A stretch of DNA of 64,000 bases. Origin: the human T2T-CHM13v2.0 reference genome, Homo sapiens. This document shows positions 61,826-64,000 of this stretch, in pieces. The position numbers and the translations under genes are program-made. Position 1 is the stretch's first letter; each line of letters starts with the position of its first letter. Location of the stretch: NCBI RefSeq assembly GCF_009914755.1, contig NC_060925.1; one strand, given 5' to 3'. The notes below the pieces were generated by a model. That model saw only the letters and a program-made list of their open reading frames with translations. It was not told the origin of the DNA and ran no database searches.

Positions 61826-64000
61826 ATCAGACTCTTACAAGTTAATTCTTTTCAAGCTTTTAAATGAGTTTTGTCCATGAAATTATTTGTGGGAAATAAT
61901 TTACAAACAAAATCCTTTCTTGGCTTATCTGTTTTCCTTAACCAGTCTGAAACCACAGCAAATACAAGGCTCTGGGTAAAACTTTTATGAAGTCTGAAGA
62001 GCCTGACAAATCTGTATATTTTCTCATTCTAGAAGGTTCTTCTAAAACCAGTTCCCAGTCCTGAAGCAGATCAACTCAAATCTACTGTTTATCAGCAGTC
62101 TTTCTTGGAAGATACTATTTATAGCAGATTATGCCTCGTTCCCCCAACATTCTGTGTCATCACAACTATGATACATTCTATAATCTTCTCTGAAATATGT
62201 AGCTTCCTATTTCAATTACTTTTAGAAAAGCACAAAAATGTACTGATTAAGTGCAAAAAGATACAAAAATCCAAACACTGTTTTTTATACATTTTCTGCT
62301 AATCTTTTTTCAATTCTTTTTAAAAATAGTTGAGACTGTTATGTTTTATATCCACATTTTAGCTTTGGTTTTTCCTATAAAATTGCAAAAAAAAAAATCA
62401 CGACTTTCAGATATTGCATTTTTACTGTTACTATGAAGGTGAAACATACAGAAATAAATAAAAATAAGTTTATTTTAACCAGGTGGTTATTTCCTGGCAA
62501 CTGAGGAAAATCCACATATGAGAAGATTAATCAGGCCATTGGCACAGTTTCTTAAAAACTGTTGAGGTTTCAGGTGAAGATTAATTTTGAGAAATAAGAC
62601 AAATGGTTCTAAAAAATAAAATAGATTTAATATTTATAAAAGAAATTACAATATCCACTATTGTTTATTTTCACCAGAGTTTCTCAAATTATAACAGTCT
62701 AAAAGTCCTGATGAATTATAACATCAGCTATGGTCTTAGGTTGCTAAGCACCATCACTTTACACCTTAGGGTGGAGAAATTGGAAATCCCAATTCACAAT
62801 ACAGAGGTGTAAAAATCTAATTACACAGAATAATGCCCAAGGACTCTCTTTTTCTTCTGGTAAATGCCTTAGAGAACGGGGATAAATTGGATTCTCCATA
62901 ATTGAACTGAAGGGAGTGTATGTGTGTTTTTAAAGCACATTTATTATTGGTGCCTGAGAGTCAGGTTTTTGAACAGTCTCTCCTAGGAAAAGGCAAAATG
63001 ATTCACGGATAGCCTTGATTCTGCAGCCTACCCTGTAGAAATCCCACCTTGAGTTAAAAATAAGAGACATAAAAACCAACTTAAGTTCTCTGTGATTTAC
63101 TTTGGATATTCATCCACAAAGAGAAACAAACAAACACTTATTCTCCCAAGAGCTTATATGAAATATATCAAAGCCAAGCCAGGACCCTCGTAGGGCTCAG
63201 CCAGCAACTGGATGGAAAGAAGGCATGCTTAAGAACAAACAATAAAGCATCGTTTCCTGCTTTCCAACACTTACCCTCATAGAGGTCCCAAATTCTGTGA
63301 GCAAAACCTGCAGCGAAGTGTGAGAGACCCTAAGTTCTTCCCAAGTCCTGTTCTAAAAGCAAGCCCAGTATCTCTAATATGGCCACAAAGCTTAGCCCAT
63401 CAAAGGCATTCAATGAATCCTCATGTACTTACAGATGCTACATAAAAGAGTATATATCAGCTCCAATGGGTAAGCAGAGGCAAAAATATTGTTTTCTGCA
63501 AATGACCACTGAAATAAATTAAGGTCCCATTGGCACTGTGCATTTTCTGGAACAATACCTTCAAAGGTTAATATAAGTAAGAGAAATGGGAGAAGATGGA
63601 CAGAGAGGAAAAAACACACTACCATTTCATGTTACTATTCCCACTACCTTATTCCATAGAGAAACTAAAATCCCGCTGTGGTCAACTTTTCCAGAGGACA
63701 CCTTTCTAGAACTCTAAGACCTTAAGTTTGGTTTCCTCTTTTTTAGGAGAGGAAACCAATAGTATTGTTAGAAAAAATATATATGCCCATACATTTATGC
63801 ACACATCTTGTTTCAGCTATAAATAGATGAAAGCTGACTTTAAATTTCCTTCCATTCCACTTGGAAGAAGTGCTTGGAAATTTTCAAGATTATTTTGTCA
63901 TTACCTCACAGCACGCCTCCAATTTTCTCATGATACATCTGATGAGAATAAATCTTGTTTATTTTGCCACTTTTCTAAGCTGTCTAATGCCCCCCAAGGA

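Overview
Primate (almost certainly human) genomic DNA lying entirely inside NIBAN1 (FAM129A), which is transcribed on the minus strand. Four coding exons (exons 2-5; 131+132+115+168 = 546 nt, all GT-AG) fall at 54475-39799 and encode about residues 19-201, including the PH-like domain. The gene was recognised from the translated peptides, not by a database search. 54476-64000 is the 3' part of intron 1, and 1-39798 is part of the long intron 5. The rest is typical intronic DNA: about 20 Alu/FAM/FLAM copies, L1 fragments, L2/MIR/L3 relics, solo LTRs (MER41A-like, MER34-like, MLT1, MST), hAT MITEs and microsatellites. Almost all other ORFs in the supplied track are repeat-derived noise. I see no new multi-gene system. 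The most notable observations are: (1) a near-orphan L1 3' transduction with intact target-site duplication (TSD) nested in an old L1; (2) a 49-bp locally templated copy of an intron-2 L1 segment placed beside exon 3; (3) a 57-nt hairpin whose 22-bp stem pairs fully only on the transcribed strand; (4) the phase-symmetric exon 2-5 block, which as a circRNA would be a stop-free ORF; (5) candidate internal promoter/enhancer elements in intron 5; and (6) several fold-back repair scars. Repeat subfamily calls come from remembered consensus sequences, and their boundaries are approximate unless a TSD is given.
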